Below the pieces are notes generated by a model. The model was not told where the DNA came from. It did not search any database and saw only the letters and a program-made list of their open reading frames with translations. A stretch of DNA of 64,000 bases from a virus, in the IMG/VR virus record IMGVR_UViG_3300020234_000021; one strand, written 5' to 3'. Shown one piece after another: positions 44,503 to 53,578 of the stretch (position 1 is its first letter; the number at the start of each line of letters is the position of its first letter). The translations under genes were made by a program, and so were the position numbers.

Positions 44503-44846
44503 CAGGCGGGACGCGGAAAAGTCTCGTCGCTGGTCCCGATGTTCATCTCCTTCACCGTGGTGCCGGGTTCCAGCGTCTCCAGCTTCTGCCCGTCTGGCAT
44601 GGTGATGTCGATCTTGGTCCCGTCACCCAGGGCCGCGACCATCGCGCAGCCCAGGTCAGCAACGATCGTCGCCAACACGTCGAGGTTCGTGGCGTTCTCG
44701 AAGCGCCCAGAGACCCCCAACTGGTGTTCATCATCGGTTTTCACAATCAGGCACGTCACCCGTTCAGCGCCCGTGGCCTTGCGCACCATCGTGCAGAGGT
44801 GGTTCAGTTGCTCCTGGTCGGTAGTCAGGTCAAAGTCATCGTTCAT
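44502..44846 (-). CDS. Hypothetical protein
   Basis: 114 aa, TGATG-coupled. Confidence 0.5.
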   Translation of the reverse strand: MNDDFDLTTDQEQLNHLCTMVRKATGAERVTCLIVKTDDEHQLGVSGRFENATNLDVLATIVADLGCAMVAALGDGTKIDITMPDGQKLETLEPGTTVKEMNIGTSDETFPRPA

Positions 44847-45015
44847 TACGTATCACCTGCTTCAACTTCTTGCGGAACTCCTTCACGTGGTCCCGGCACA
44901 TGTATTCAACTACACCGTATTGGGTCTCGATCACGATCGTTGCGGGGATCGGGACCGTGTGCTCCGGGTGCTCGCAGATCAGGTCGTTACCCAGGTCAAG
45001 GGACCGGGCCTTCAT
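44836..45015 (-). CDS. Small hypothetical protein
   Basis: ATG 45015 (ATGA); C..H...C..H pattern. Confidence 0.4.
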   Translation of the reverse strand: MKARSLDLGNDLICEHPEHTVPIPATIVIETQYGVVEYMCRDHVKEFRKKLKQVIRNER

Positions 45016-45182
45016 GATCGTAGCTTCGTGCGCAGGCAAGTGCAGAGTAGGCTGGCGTTCCTCCTGGCCAGGCGCCGGCTGGAGAATCCCTGGGACGACG
45101 CCCCAATGATCTCGCCGTTCGCTCCGGTCAGGCGCCAGCGCCACTTCTCGCCCTTGTCGCTGTAGAAATCAAGCGTGAGCAT
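45012..45182 (-). CDS. DUF1508/YegP-like small protein
   Basis: Not in the ORF track (56 aa). MLTLDFYSDKGEKWRWRLTGANGEIIGASSQGFSSRRLARRN matches the YegP repeat pattern. Confidence 0.65.
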   Translation of the reverse strand: MLTLDFYSDKGEKWRWRLTGANGEIIGASSQGFSSRRLARRNASLLCTCLRTKLRS

Positions 45183-45426
45183 CGTCGGACCCCAGCAGTT
45201 TCCCAGGTGCCGCGATGACCTCGTTGGTCAGGGCCTCCGCCACCTCTTTGCTGGCCTTCATCAGTTCCTCCGCGACGATCGCCAGCAAACGCCTGCTGAC
45301 TTCATCACCAAGCGGCATCGTGACGTTGGATCCGCTGGTGTCGCTCTCGAACTGCACCTCGCACTCGTACTTGCCTTTGTTCGCGCCATATCGCATTCGC
45401 TCAATCGTCAGTCGTTGTAATTGCAT
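45169..45426 (-). CDS. Hypothetical protein
   Basis: Start moved to ATG 45426 (GAGGGA SD-like). Confidence 0.5.
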   Translation of the reverse strand: MQLQRLTIERMRYGANKGKYECEVQFESDTSGSNVTMPLGDEVSRRLLAIVAEELMKASKEVAEALTNEVIAAPGKLLGSDDAHA

Positions 45427-45838
45427 CTCTCGGTCCCTCGTTCGCTTTGAAAAATTCCTCCTCGCCGTCCCAGACTGACTTGTTCGCGTCGTTGATCTGT
45501 TCGAGCGTGATTCGATTCCACCACCTCGCTTCGAGCTCCTCGTCCTCCTCGATCGCGTACTCCCAGGGGATGTTGCCGCTGCCGTTGCGCAGGTACATGT
45601 AGAGCGCACCAAAACAGTGCTGACTGGATCCATCGATTCGTGGGTAGTAGCCCTCGGGGGTGATCACATAGTCGCCGTCCTCGACCACATCAGCGTGCTC
45701 GTGACAGACGAACCCCTCGCGGTAGGCCAGCTCCTCGATCTCCTCGGCGCGCGACCTGGCCGCGAACACGATGCGATGCTCGTTCTTCGAGAACGGGCAG
45801 TTCTCACAGGGCTTGATCAGGTCGAACCTCATCGTCAC
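45401..45838 (-). CDS. Cys/His-rich hypothetical protein
   Basis: KPCENCPF...FVCH...QHC.GA motif. Confidence 0.55.
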   Translation of the reverse strand: MTMRFDLIKPCENCPFSKNEHRIVFAARSRAEEIEELAYREGFVCHEHADVVEDGDYVITPEGYYPRIDGSSQHCFGALYMYLRNGSGNIPWEYAIEEDEELEARWWNRITLEQINDANKSVWDGEEEFFKANEGPRDAITTTDD

Positions 45839-46233
45839 AAGTTGTCGGACCCCGGATTCTCGTTCCAGTCGTCCATGTAGAAATCCATGTACGCATAGTC
45901 CTGGCCGTCAGCGCTCGACCAGACGGCGGCCGACAGATCGCCCCAGGCCCGGTAGCTGAAGCTGCCGAACCAACCGTTGCTGAAGATTGGAGTGCCTCGG
46001 GGATCGACCTGGTGCCAGTCACCGCCGTGGCGGATCCGGTGCTCGATCATCGATCGGCGCAGGGCCTCGAACATCTCGACCTGATCTTCGTTGTCGTGAT
46101 CCTTGAGGTCGGCCAGGTAGTCATCCCAGCGCATGCCCTCTTTGAACCAACCGCCCAGCCCTCCGATGAAGGAACCCGAACCGAAATTGGGAACGTCTTT
46201 GGCGTCACCCCAGGTGACAGTAATCTCATCCAT
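45835..46233 (-). CDS. Hypothetical protein
   Basis: 132 aa, aromatic and acidic. Confidence 0.55.
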   Translation of the reverse strand: MDEITVTWGDAKDVPNFGSGSFIGGLGGWFKEGMRWDDYLADLKDHDNEDQVEMFEALRRSMIEHRIRHGGDWHQVDPRGTPIFSNGWFGSFSYRAWGDLSAAVWSSADGQDYAYMDFYMDDWNENPGSDNL

Positions 46234-46296
46234 CTGTCTGGCCCATTGAGCTCAGATACGTGGATCAGATTACCATAGGGTGGTGACGGTGCAAGC

Positions 46297-46338
46297 AAAA
46301 AAAGGCCCGCAACCTGTAGGTAAACGGGCCCTTTTCTT
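46297..46338 (-). terminator. Rho-independent terminator (possibly bidirectional)
   Basis: A7-GGCCCG...CGGGCC-CTTTTCTT: U7 tail on the minus strand and a weaker U-tract on the plus strand. Confidence 0.6.
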
Positions 46339-46607
46339 GATCGTTATCCCGGGAGGGATTAGGATCAGTCGTCGGCCGCCGAAACGACCAACTATCACAG
46401 GACCGCAGGATACCTTCTCGGCCCTTATCAGACAAGACCCGTTTCGGCAGTGCAAAAACCCCCAAGGGAGTGGTGGCGAGGCTCGATCTGCCCTCTCGAC
46501 ACAAGCGATTCGGCACCCGTGGCCCTTGTGCCGTTAGACCGAAGTGGAACGCGAGGAGAAAGGGGACCGGAGTACCCACCACGTGGGGAAAGGGCCACAG
46601 GCGTGAC

Positions 46608-46952
46608 TCAGATTCCGTAGAACTTCCAGATATCTTCGAGCCTGAGCGGGTAGTAGTTGGTCCTGGCGATGTCGACCATGCGCATGATCGTCTGGCTTTT
46701 CGGCATCACTGGCTTGGGCCGTTCCCAGGATCGCGAGGTCTCCATCGGCACCCCCAGCAACTTGGCAAACCCCGTTCGATCGAGCCGCAGCTCCTCGCGG
46801 AATCTCCGGATCGGGTTGGGGTGCCTGGGTGCTGCGCCAGGCCGATACACGGGCGCAACGATCTTGCCCATGAGGGTCTCCTGGTCGACGGGGTTGGTTG
46901 CTGTATAGACCTTGCCACGGCGCGTTTTGCGCCAAATCACGTCATCGTCCAT
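46608..46952 (-). CDS. Cro/XRE-type HTH regulator
   Basis: NPIRRFREELRLDRTGFAKLLGVPMETSRSWE..P. Start 46952 follows an extended -10 (TG-G-TATGGT) by 7 nt. Confidence 0.7.
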   Translation of the reverse strand: MDDDVIWRKTRRGKVYTATNPVDQETLMGKIVAPVYRPGAAPRHPNPIRRFREELRLDRTGFAKLLGVPMETSRSWERPKPVMPKSQTIMRMVDIARTNYYPLRLEDIWKFYGI

Positions 46953-47189
46953 GGGTAACACCATACCATATAGTGGTGGTATCCTTTGCGAGTGACCTGA
47001 GCCCGGCAACGACGTCGGGGGTTTGCCTGGATCCGCGCGATCGTGTGAAGGGTGAGCGGATGGGTGTTTGGTTGGCGGCGAGGTTAGCTACTTCGCCGCC
47101 GTCATCGCAACGCACCCCATAGTCCGGCAGGGTGAGCTCATTGGCGGCTTGGTAGCGACAGTGCGCAACGACTGGTAGGTCACACCGAC

Positions 47190-47207
47190 TCCCCTCCGAG
47201 TGGAGGG
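47190..47207 (+). promoter_or_regulatory. Leader hairpin CCCTCC-GAGT-GGAGGG
   Basis: Covarying partner of 33015-33032; 24 nt before the annealase ATG. Confidence 0.5.
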
Positions 47208-47231
47208 CTGACATAACTAGGGAGACTACCA

Positions 47232-48113
47232 ATGCCTGACAACATCATTGATTTGATCACAGGACTACCACGCAGTGACGGCGGCGAAAACGAGGAAGTC
47301 CCGCCGACGCTCACGATCTGGGACGAGATCGATATCACCGATCCGACCCAGACCAAACCGATGGACGACGGCGCCAAGCTGACCACCATCGATCCCATGT
47401 ACCAGATGAAGAAATTCACCAAGCTATTCGGTCCCGTTGGAATCGGCTGGGGCTGGCAGGTGATGACCCAGGAGCTGATCGACGCCGGACCAATCTACGC
47501 CCGCGACTACAACGGCTTGCTCCGCAACGAGGCCGGCGACCTGATCCCGTTGAACGTGAACGCCAAACTCCACACCTGCCGGATCCAGCTCTGGTACGTG
47601 CTACCCCAGAACGTGGAGAAGCGCTACTTCATCGAGGGGACCGGGCACACCAAGTTCATCTCTCAGGGGCGCAAGGGCGGCGTCACGATCGACTGGGAGT
47701 ACGAGAAAAAGTCGGTCACCGACGCCGTGACCAAGGCGATGTCGTTCCTGGGCATGTCTGCCGACGTCCGGATGGGCATGTTCGAGGACACCGAGTATGT
47801 GGCGCAGCTTCGCCGCGATGTCGAGCTCGCTGACTCGGAGGACAAGATCGAGACCGAGACCGTCCACCGCCAGGAGTACGACGAGTGGTACGTCAAGACG
47901 CTGAACCTGATCAAGACGTCGGTCGGCATCAACGAGCTGGAGGTGCTGTTCAAGTCCTCACAGCCGCGCCTGGATGTCCAGTCGAACCCGGAGCAACGCA
48001 AGGAATTCAGAATCGCGAAGAACGAGCGGTTCCGCGAGCTGATGCCCCAGCCGGACCCGGAGGAGATCGACTTGAACCTGCCGCCTGGCCAGGGAGGACC
48101 GCCACATGAGTGA
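47232..48113 (+). CDS. Rad52/Sak-like single-strand annealing protein
   Basis: TDP..TK.....LT.IDP......T..FGP.G.GWG...EKKSVTDA.TKA.S.LG..AD..MG.FED..Y. Confidence 0.7.
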   Translation: MPDNIIDLITGLPRSDGGENEEVPPTLTIWDEIDITDPTQTKPMDDGAKLTTIDPMYQMKKFTKLFGPVGIGWGWQVMTQELIDAGPIYARDYNGLLRNEAGDLIPLNVNAKLHTCRIQLWYVLPQNVEKRYFIEGTGHTKFISQGRKGGVTIDWEYEKKSVTDAVTKAMSFLGMSADVRMGMFEDTEYVAQLRRDVELADSEDKIETETVHRQEYDEWYVKTLNLIKTSVGINELEVLFKSSQPRLDVQSNPEQRKEFRIAKNERFRELMPQPDPEEIDLNLPPGQGGPPHE

Positions 48114-48753
48114 CGCTCTCTACGAAATCGCAGAGGAAATGAACTCGCTCCTGGACATCATCGCGGAGGCGACCGACCCCAACCCGCGCTGCAAGTACTG
48201 CATCGATCAGTGGATGCAGGACAGCGACGGGCGCTGGCTCCACCTGGTGGATCCGGAGCAAGAGGGCTACCTGCCCTGCCCGAGCTGCGACGACGTCGGC
48301 AGCGTGGAACCGATGGACAACCCCGACATGGACGAGGCGCTGACCGAAGCGCTCAAAGACATCGAGGGATCCTTCGCCATCAAGTGCCACGGGATCCTCC
48401 AGGTCATGGCGAACTGGGACGGCTGGGCAGACATGATCAGGGAGGAGGAAAAGAAACTCGCGGCCCGGCGCCAATCCCTGGTGAGGCGCAAGGATCGACT
48501 GCGAGGCTACCTGGCCAGGCATATGAATAGGGTCGGCCTGAAGAAGGTCGAGACCCCTTTGAAAAACATCAGCCTGATCGCTGGATCCAAGTCGGTGGTC
48601 ATCGATGACGAGATGAAGCTGCCCCAGGGCACATTCGACACGGAGATGATCATCAAACCCGACAAGAAAACGATCAAAGGGCTCCTGGCGAAGGATATCG
48701 ACGTGCCCGGCGCCCACATTGCGACTGGCGAACCCACAGTGAGGATCAAATGA
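48106..48753 (+). CDS. Siphovirus Gp157-family protein with inserted CxxC...CxxC segment
   Basis: IREEEKKLAARRQSL......L..YL...M...G.KK..T....I...S..VVI......P...PDKK.IK..L.....VPGA motif. Confidence 0.75.
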   Translation: MSDALYEIAEEMNSLLDIIAEATDPNPRCKYCIDQWMQDSDGRWLHLVDPEQEGYLPCPSCDDVGSVEPMDNPDMDEALTEALKDIEGSFAIKCHGILQVMANWDGWADMIREEEKKLAARRQSLVRRKDRLRGYLARHMNRVGLKKVETPLKNISLIAGSKSVVIDDEMKLPQGTFDTEMIIKPDKKTIKGLLAKDIDVPGAHIATGEPTVRIK

Positions 48754-49157
48754 TGAGCAGAGTCACCGTTGCCACTCTGGAAGGGAAACTGGCCAAGCAG
48801 GACGACGTGCTCCTGCGCACCGAAGCCGATCTCAAGGAAACCATTGATCGGGGTGTCGCCGCCAGCCAGGAAGTGACGCAACTCCAAAAGCGGAACAAGG
48901 AGCTCGGCGCCATTGCCAAAGACGCAGAGGAAGCCGTCGCCCTGATCAAATACCAGCGCGATGCGCTGATCGGGTTCGTTGAGTCTCGACGAGCTGACCG
49001 CGACGTCGAGCGAGACAAGGACGGGCACGTGGTTCAGACCCACCTCGATCGGTTCCTCTCTGACTGTGGGCGGCCCCACTTCGACAGGCACCAGACGGAG
49101 CTGGACCTGGACCTGAGACCTGGCGAGTGGATGCCGGTACAGAGCCGCCAACGATGA
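48750..49157 (+). CDS. Coiled-coil hypothetical protein
   Basis: 135 aa, ATGA-coupled. Confidence 0.5.
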   Translation: MMSRVTVATLEGKLAKQDDVLLRTEADLKETIDRGVAASQEVTQLQKRNKELGAIAKDAEEAVALIKYQRDALIGFVESRRADRDVERDKDGHVVQTHLDRFLSDCGRPHFDRHQTELDLDLRPGEWMPVQSRQR

Positions 49158-49501
49158 GCGGTGGATTCGGCGGAGGGGGCTACCAGGCCGACAATCCCAA
49201 GGCCCCAACGCACTATGTCCGGATCTACAACACCGCTGGCGTGATCGTGCGCCAGTTTGGGCCCATGGACGAGACCCGGGCCGGCATGATGAAGTCTGGC
49301 CTGGAAGCAAAAGAAGATCACACGCAGTTCCGCGTTGAGATCGAGGAGAAAACGGATGCTGATACTGACCAGGAAGGAAGGGGAGTCGATCATGATCGGG
49401 GATTCGGTGGAGCTGAAAGTCCTGGGGATCACAAACCATCAGGTCCGGCTGGGGATCATGGCGCCGAAAAATATCACGGTTCATCGGAGAGAGATCTATG
49501 A
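49154..49501 (+). CDS. Hypothetical protein overlapping csrA
   Basis: ATGA-coupled start; the 3' ~145 nt overlap csrA in another frame. Confidence 0.4.
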   Translation: MSGGFGGGGYQADNPKAPTHYVRIYNTAGVIVRQFGPMDETRAGMMKSGLEAKEDHTQFRVEIEEKTDADTDQEGRGVDHDRGFGGAESPGDHKPSGPAGDHGAEKYHGSSERDL

Positions 49502-49568
49502 GCGGATCCAACGCGAGCATGAGGCGCGAGCTGGTGAGGAGCCTGATAGAGAACCTGATAACGGCTGA
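49356..49568 (+). CDS. csrA: Carbon storage regulator CsrA/RsmA homolog
   Basis: [24 protein letters not shown]....[21 protein letters not shown]; GAGGAG SD upstream. Confidence 0.9.
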   Translation: MLILTRKEGESIMIGDSVELKVLGITNHQVRLGIMAPKNITVHRREIYERIQREHEARAGEEPDREPDNG

Positions 49569-49767
49569 CTGGGAGAGCGAGGAGATCACGCGCGGCCTCA
49601 CCGTGGCGCTCGACGCCTTCAACCAGCTCATGCACGACACCGACGAGGTGGTTCGTGCCGGCCTTGAGATCCACGCCGAGTACCTGTCGCAGATCAAGAA
49701 CATGGTCTCCCAGGACTACGCTCGGCTCAACACATTCCCGGCGCTCTGCGCCGCAGTGACCCCGTAG
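49498..49767 (+). CDS. Hypothetical protein (5' end overlaps csrA)
   Basis: 89-aa ORF; true start uncertain. Confidence 0.4.
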   Translation: MSGSNASMRRELVRSLIENLITADWESEEITRGLTVALDAFNQLMHDTDEVVRAGLEIHAEYLSQIKNMVSQDYARLNTFPALCAAVTP

Positions 49768-49777
49768 GAGGATCACC

Positions 49778-50218
49778 ATGCCATCCATGCAACAACTGAC
49801 GATCATCGGCTACCTGGGTAAAGACCCAGAGATGCGATACGTTCGAGACGGTTCTGCCGTGGCCAACTTCAGTGTGGCCGTCACCGAGAACTGGAAGGAT
49901 CGCGGGACTGGCGAGCCCCGGGAGCACACCGAGTGGTTCGATTGCTCGGCATTCGGCCGCACTGGCGAGGTGGTGGGGGAGTTTCTGCACAAGGGCTCGT
50001 TGGTCCACCTGGTCGGCAAGCTGAAGACCCGCTCCTACGAGAAGGACGGGGTCAAGCGGTACGCCACCGACGTGCGCGTCGACAACATCCTGTTCCTCGA
50101 CAAGAAAGGCGACTCCAGCGCGCCCTACAAGAAACCCGACGCCCAGGAGCCGGCGAAGACCCCAGCCACGGCAGGTACGGTCGACGACGACGATCTGGAC
50201 GATGACATTCCATTCTAG
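49778..50218 (+). CDS. ssb: Single-stranded DNA-binding protein
   Basis: IIGYLGKDPEMRY...AVANFSVA..E.WKD..GE..E.TEW...KGSLV...GKL.TRSY; C-terminal DDDIPF. Confidence 0.95.
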   Translation: MPSMQQLTIIGYLGKDPEMRYVRDGSAVANFSVAVTENWKDRGTGEPREHTEWFDCSAFGRTGEVVGEFLHKGSLVHLVGKLKTRSYEKDGVKRYATDVRVDNILFLDKKGDSSAPYKKPDAQEPAKTPATAGTVDDDDLDDDIPF

Positions 50219-50354
50219 GTACGAGAGAACCCCGCTCTCAACCATGCGCCTGCGGGGTGGGGGACCGACCCAGGCCCCCTCCGAACCGCCCTGGATCTCG
50301 CGAATGCCCTGGTCTCGCCGGGAGCTTAACTGGGTGCCGTCGAACATCGTTGGG

Positions 50355-50633
50355 ATGGTGGCACCCTACTATCCCGATCTGTTCGACGACGACCAGGGCG
50401 AGCTGCTGGTCTGCCAGCAGGCGGCAGTCGCGATTCTCACGCCAGTCGAAGTCTCGGCGGGGATGGAACGAAAGCGCCGGCATAAAAAGAGCATGGCGTC
50501 GTATCGGCAGCGGGGTGAGAAGGCGTACTGGAAGGGACGACTGAGGCGGCTCGACCTCGAAAAGTGCGGCTTTTGGAATGAGCGCAACCTGATACTGGAT
50601 CGACTCGACGTACTGAGGACAGAAAATGACTGA
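50355..50633 (+). CDS. Hypothetical protein
   Basis: Start moved to ATG 50355; the upstream part of the track ORF overlaps ssb and a GC hairpin region. Confidence 0.4.
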   Translation: MVAPYYPDLFDDDQGELLVCQQAAVAILTPVEVSAGMERKRRHKKSMASYRQRGEKAYWKGRLRRLDLEKCGFWNERNLILDRLDVLRTEND

Positions 50634-50994
50634 ACCATCAGAACCGACCCTGGCCATGGTGGAGAAGATCTGGGGGCTCGTGCCGATCCACGTCGGTGGC
50701 AAGGTCTATGGCATGTGGCGCGGTGGGGTTCTACACTCCGTCGCGCTGGGGGATACGCATGACAGCTCTGATCTCGCCTTCATTTTCGTTTCGATCTCGG
50801 ATTGGATCGATCTCAGGATGTGCGGGGATCAGCTCCTGGTCCAGACGACGGTCTACACCCCGACCAAGGAAGGCGTGAGTTACGTGAACTGGAAACCGTC
50901 GTCAGGCGTGAGCTACAGACCCCAGCGCGCCGGCATCGGCATCCCCATCCGTGAATTCAAACAGGTTCAATCCAAATCGAAGGAGAAAACATGA
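50626..50994 (+). CDS. Hypothetical protein
   Basis: 122 aa with GAGGA SD. Confidence 0.5.
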   Translation: MTEPSEPTLAMVEKIWGLVPIHVGGKVYGMWRGGVLHSVALGDTHDSSDLAFIFVSISDWIDLRMCGDQLLVQTTVYTPTKEGVSYVNWKPSSGVSYRPQRAGIGIPIREFKQVQSKSKEKT

Positions 50995-51668
50995 CACCGC
51001 AATTCAAGCGGGTACTCCCGCTCCTGGCCGCGATCGTGCTGATGCTGATGCTCGCGCCGGCACTCGCCCGAGAGCAAGACCATACCTGCCAGGGCGGGCA
51101 CAACTGCAACCAAGGAGAATCCGATGGAACTGCTACTGCTGACGCTGACGCTGAGTCTCGTTCTGAGTCTGAGTCTGAATCTTTTTCTGATTCTACGAGC
51201 ACCGCGACAGGAACTGGTGGTGATGCCACTGCAAGCACGGGTGACGCCACAGCCTCCGGCTCCACTGTCGTAACCACGACCACGTCCAATAGGTACAAGG
51301 AGGCACCGCGCGCCTACGCTGGGACAGCGTCCGGCCCAAAGGACATAGACTGCCGGACCATCTGGGGCTTCGACTTTCGCGGAGCGACCAACGACGGGGC
51401 TGGTGGTGCGACCTTTGGTATCCCAGGGAAAGAACGCAAGGACTGCAAGTTCGAGCGCCAGGCCGCCAGGGCCTTCGCGAAGGGCGACCTGGAGCGTGGC
51501 TGGGCAAACCACTGTCTGTCGCCTACGAACCTCGAAGCCACCATCATGGTCGCCCGGGTTGTTCACGACGAGCAACTCGACACCGATGGGGCCTTCAAGC
51601 GCTGCATGCGAACTGCACAGCTCCCGTCCCCGGAGGTGGCGGATCTGGAGGGAAAGTCGCGACCTTGA
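50991..51668 (+). CDS. Secreted protein with Ser/Glu/Thr low-complexity linker and Cys pairs
   Basis: Sec signal peptide (…LAPALA), ADAESRSESESES tract, 7 Cys. Confidence 0.6.
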   Translation: MTPQFKRVLPLLAAIVLMLMLAPALAREQDHTCQGGHNCNQGESDGTATADADAESRSESESESFSDSTSTATGTGGDATASTGDATASGSTVVTTTTSNRYKEAPRAYAGTASGPKDIDCRTIWGFDFRGATNDGAGGATFGIPGKERKDCKFERQAARAFAKGDLERGWANHCLSPTNLEATIMVARVVHDEQLDTDGAFKRCMRTAQLPSPEVADLEGKSRP

Positions 51669-51904
51669 CCCAGACGTTGATGGTGGCGGAAGCCACGATC
51701 AACGAGCAAGAGGTCGAACGTGAGGAACTGACTGAACGAGTAGTGGAGCTGGAGAAGCAGAAAGGCCAGGTGCAGCGCACCAGTGCCACGCTGAATTCAG
51801 CAATAACCTTTCGCCGCGCCACGCGCCGTGATGCCAACGAATATCTTGATAAGATGGACGAGCGTCAGGAGATGATGGAGCAGGCGGAGGAGCCGGATGA
51901 GTGA
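51665..51904 (+). CDS. Coiled-coil hypothetical protein
   Basis: TTGA-coupled; 79 aa. Confidence 0.45.
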   Translation: MTQTLMVAEATINEQEVEREELTERVVELEKQKGQVQRTSATLNSAITFRRATRRDANEYLDKMDERQEMMEQAEEPDE

Positions 51905-52196
51905 CACGGTCAAGCACATAGTCTACACAGTGATCGCTGTGGTCGTGACGGGCGCACTGACCTGGTTTGCCACGTCCTGGGGTGAGGGCACCGCCGCCGT
52001 CGATGACGCGCACATCAGGACGATCGTCGAGAAGATCGTCGAAAAGGAGATGGAGCTCGACACGGGGATGAACCACGCCCAGGCGATCAACCAGATGAAT
52101 ACGATCCTGACTCGCATGACGACCAAGATCGAAGGGTTCGACGACGACATCCAAGATATGCGTAATGCGTTGAGAGCCCTGGCCAGGGAACAATAG
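51897..52196 (+). CDS. Single-TM coiled-coil membrane protein
   Basis: N-terminal TM helix followed by heptad repeats. Confidence 0.55.
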   Translation: MSDTVKHIVYTVIAVVVTGALTWFATSWGEGTAAVDDAHIRTIVEKIVEKEMELDTGMNHAQAINQMNTILTRMTTKIEGFDDDIQDMRNALRALAREQ

Positions 52197-52282
52197 CCAG
52201 AGTAGAGTCGGCGTGAAGGCTTCCAGACCTGCGCCGGCTGGCTCCCTGATCTCTCCCTTCCAAAGTCCAGTCGGCGTTTCTT

Positions 52283-52462
52283 CTATCCCAGCGCCACCAA
52301 GATGACCACAGACACGAGCCCAATGGAGAACACCAGGGCGTCAGTGTCGTAGCGGGGGATGCGGTCGTAGAGCCAGTAGCCGGCGAAGCACACAGGCACA
52401 CCTAGCCAGGGCATGCCGATGCACAGGATCCCACCTGCTATGAACAGCAGGGCCGGGATCAC
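52283..52462 (-). CDS. 59-aa hydrophobic membrane protein
   Basis: Read by hand: MIPALLFIAGGILCIGMPWLGVPVCFAGYWLYDRIPRYDTDALVFSIGLVSVVILVALG; starts right after the holin stop. Confidence 0.5.
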   Translation of the reverse strand: MIPALLFIAGGILCIGMPWLGVPVCFAGYWLYDRIPRYDTDALVFSIGLVSVVILVALG

Positions 52463-52981
52463 CTATCTCAGCGCCGCCACGTTTTTGTCCTGGCTGCCCT
52501 TGGTCGTGCCAACGAAGAACGCGATCGATCCGCCCCACTCGCGCAGCAGCGCACCCAGCACCATGTAGAGCACCTCGGCACTACCGTCCGGGATGTCCAC
52601 CCAGAACAGCGCGTAGATCACCGACGCGATCATCAGGGTGAGCACCATGGCGATCGAGAACTGCGGCCAGATCTTGCCCATCGATTTGGCGAGGCCACGT
52701 GCATCCGATCGATCGTCGAGGTAGATCTCCTGCTCCGCGATCCCCAGCTTCCGCAGCTCGACCCGCAGATCCTTGTCGATGCCCTTGATCGCCAGTAGCG
52801 TCTCGGGACTACCCTCCGCCAGCTTCGCCTCGATCTCCGACTCATCGCTGGTGCCCAGTGCAGCGCCCAGCAACTTCGCAACCAGGCCGCCGGTCGCCGG
52901 CCCACCGATCGCAGTGGCAGCCAGCGGCGCGATTGTTTTCAGTACTTGTCTGGCGATCTTTCCAAGGTCTAGACCCATCAC
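52463..52981 (-). CDS. Holin-like membrane protein
   Basis: IAPL.ATA.GGP...DR.DAR...two TM helices...FFVGT.KGSQDK motif; in the lysis cassette. Confidence 0.6.
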   Translation of the reverse strand: MMGLDLGKIARQVLKTIAPLAATAIGGPATGGLVAKLLGAALGTSDESEIEAKLAEGSPETLLAIKGIDKDLRVELRKLGIAEQEIYLDDRSDARGLAKSMGKIWPQFSIAMVLTLMIASVIYALFWVDIPDGSAEVLYMVLGALLREWGGSIAFFVGTTKGSQDKNVAALR

Positions 52982-53232
52982 ATACCCTCCGGTTTCGGCC
53001 CGTCATAACACCTGTCGTTAACCAACGTGTCCATCCGCTTGTGCAGTCGGATGATCGCGTTGTAGGTCTTCATGTGTTCAGCATCGTTCTTCTCGAACTC
53101 CCGTCGTACGTACGTGTGCTGGCGCTTGAACTCATGCCTCACCCACCACACGAACCCGCCCACGAGCGCAATGACCAGCCCAAGGACTAGGCCGATGAGC
53201 CACTCGATCACGGCGCCCCCGACCTCTTGCAT
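52978..53232 (-). CDS. Single-TM lysis-cassette protein (holin/antiholin-like)
   Basis: N-terminal TM helix; start may be GTG 53211. Confidence 0.5.
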   Translation of the reverse strand: MQEVGGAVIEWLIGLVLGLVIALVGGFVWWVRHEFKRQHTYVRREFEKNDAEHMKTYNAIIRLHKRMDTLVNDRCYDGPKPEGM

Positions 53233-53577
53233 CTACTTGACCCCGTTGTGCTCGAAGCTGAAGTGGACCGCGTCCCTGCCCTTGAAGTCGCCGCCCCAGC
53301 GCGCCAGTTTGTGCATCGATTTCCACTTCTTTCCGACTGGTGCGTAGTCATCCGGATTCCAGGTGATCTTGCCGCTCATCATCCGGAACATGTCGGCGGC
53401 CAGCTTCTTGCGGTGGTTGGAATTTTTGATTCCCTTGCCCGTCTTGGCCATCAGCTCGGCCTGCTCTGGCGGGCGGAACACCTCGGCCAGGATCATCTCG
53501 TAGCCGTGCTGCTCGCACCACGCGAGGAGCCTCCCCAGGCACGCCGTGAATTCAACTTGCTTCTGATTCAGTGACAT
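53233..53577 (-). CDS. Endolysin, M15-family peptidase
   Basis: E..R.PEQA......G.GI.NS.H...LA.D...WGGDF...D..HFS Zn-peptidase motifs. Confidence 0.85.
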   Translation of the reverse strand: MSLNQKQVEFTACLGRLLAWCEQHGYEMILAEVFRPPEQAELMAKTGKGIKNSNHRKKLAADMFRMMSGKITWNPDDYAPVGKKWKSMHKLARWGGDFKGRDAVHFSFEHNGVK

Positions 53578-53578
53578 C

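Noticed and set aside
46378-46450. GAAAC and CTGATAA words suggesting a hammerhead ribozyme
   Set aside because: The core order and stems do not fit (no CUGAnGA, no stem III closing GUH). Kept only as a generic structured region.
46340-46600. Plus-strand GGA richness as a second CsrA sponge
   Set aside because: The GGAs are mostly not in hairpin loops and there is no plus-strand promoter evidence.
47208-47221. CTGAC-ATA-ACTAGG as a fourth operator
   Set aside because: Only the left half-site matches, and there is no flanking -35/-10 geometry.
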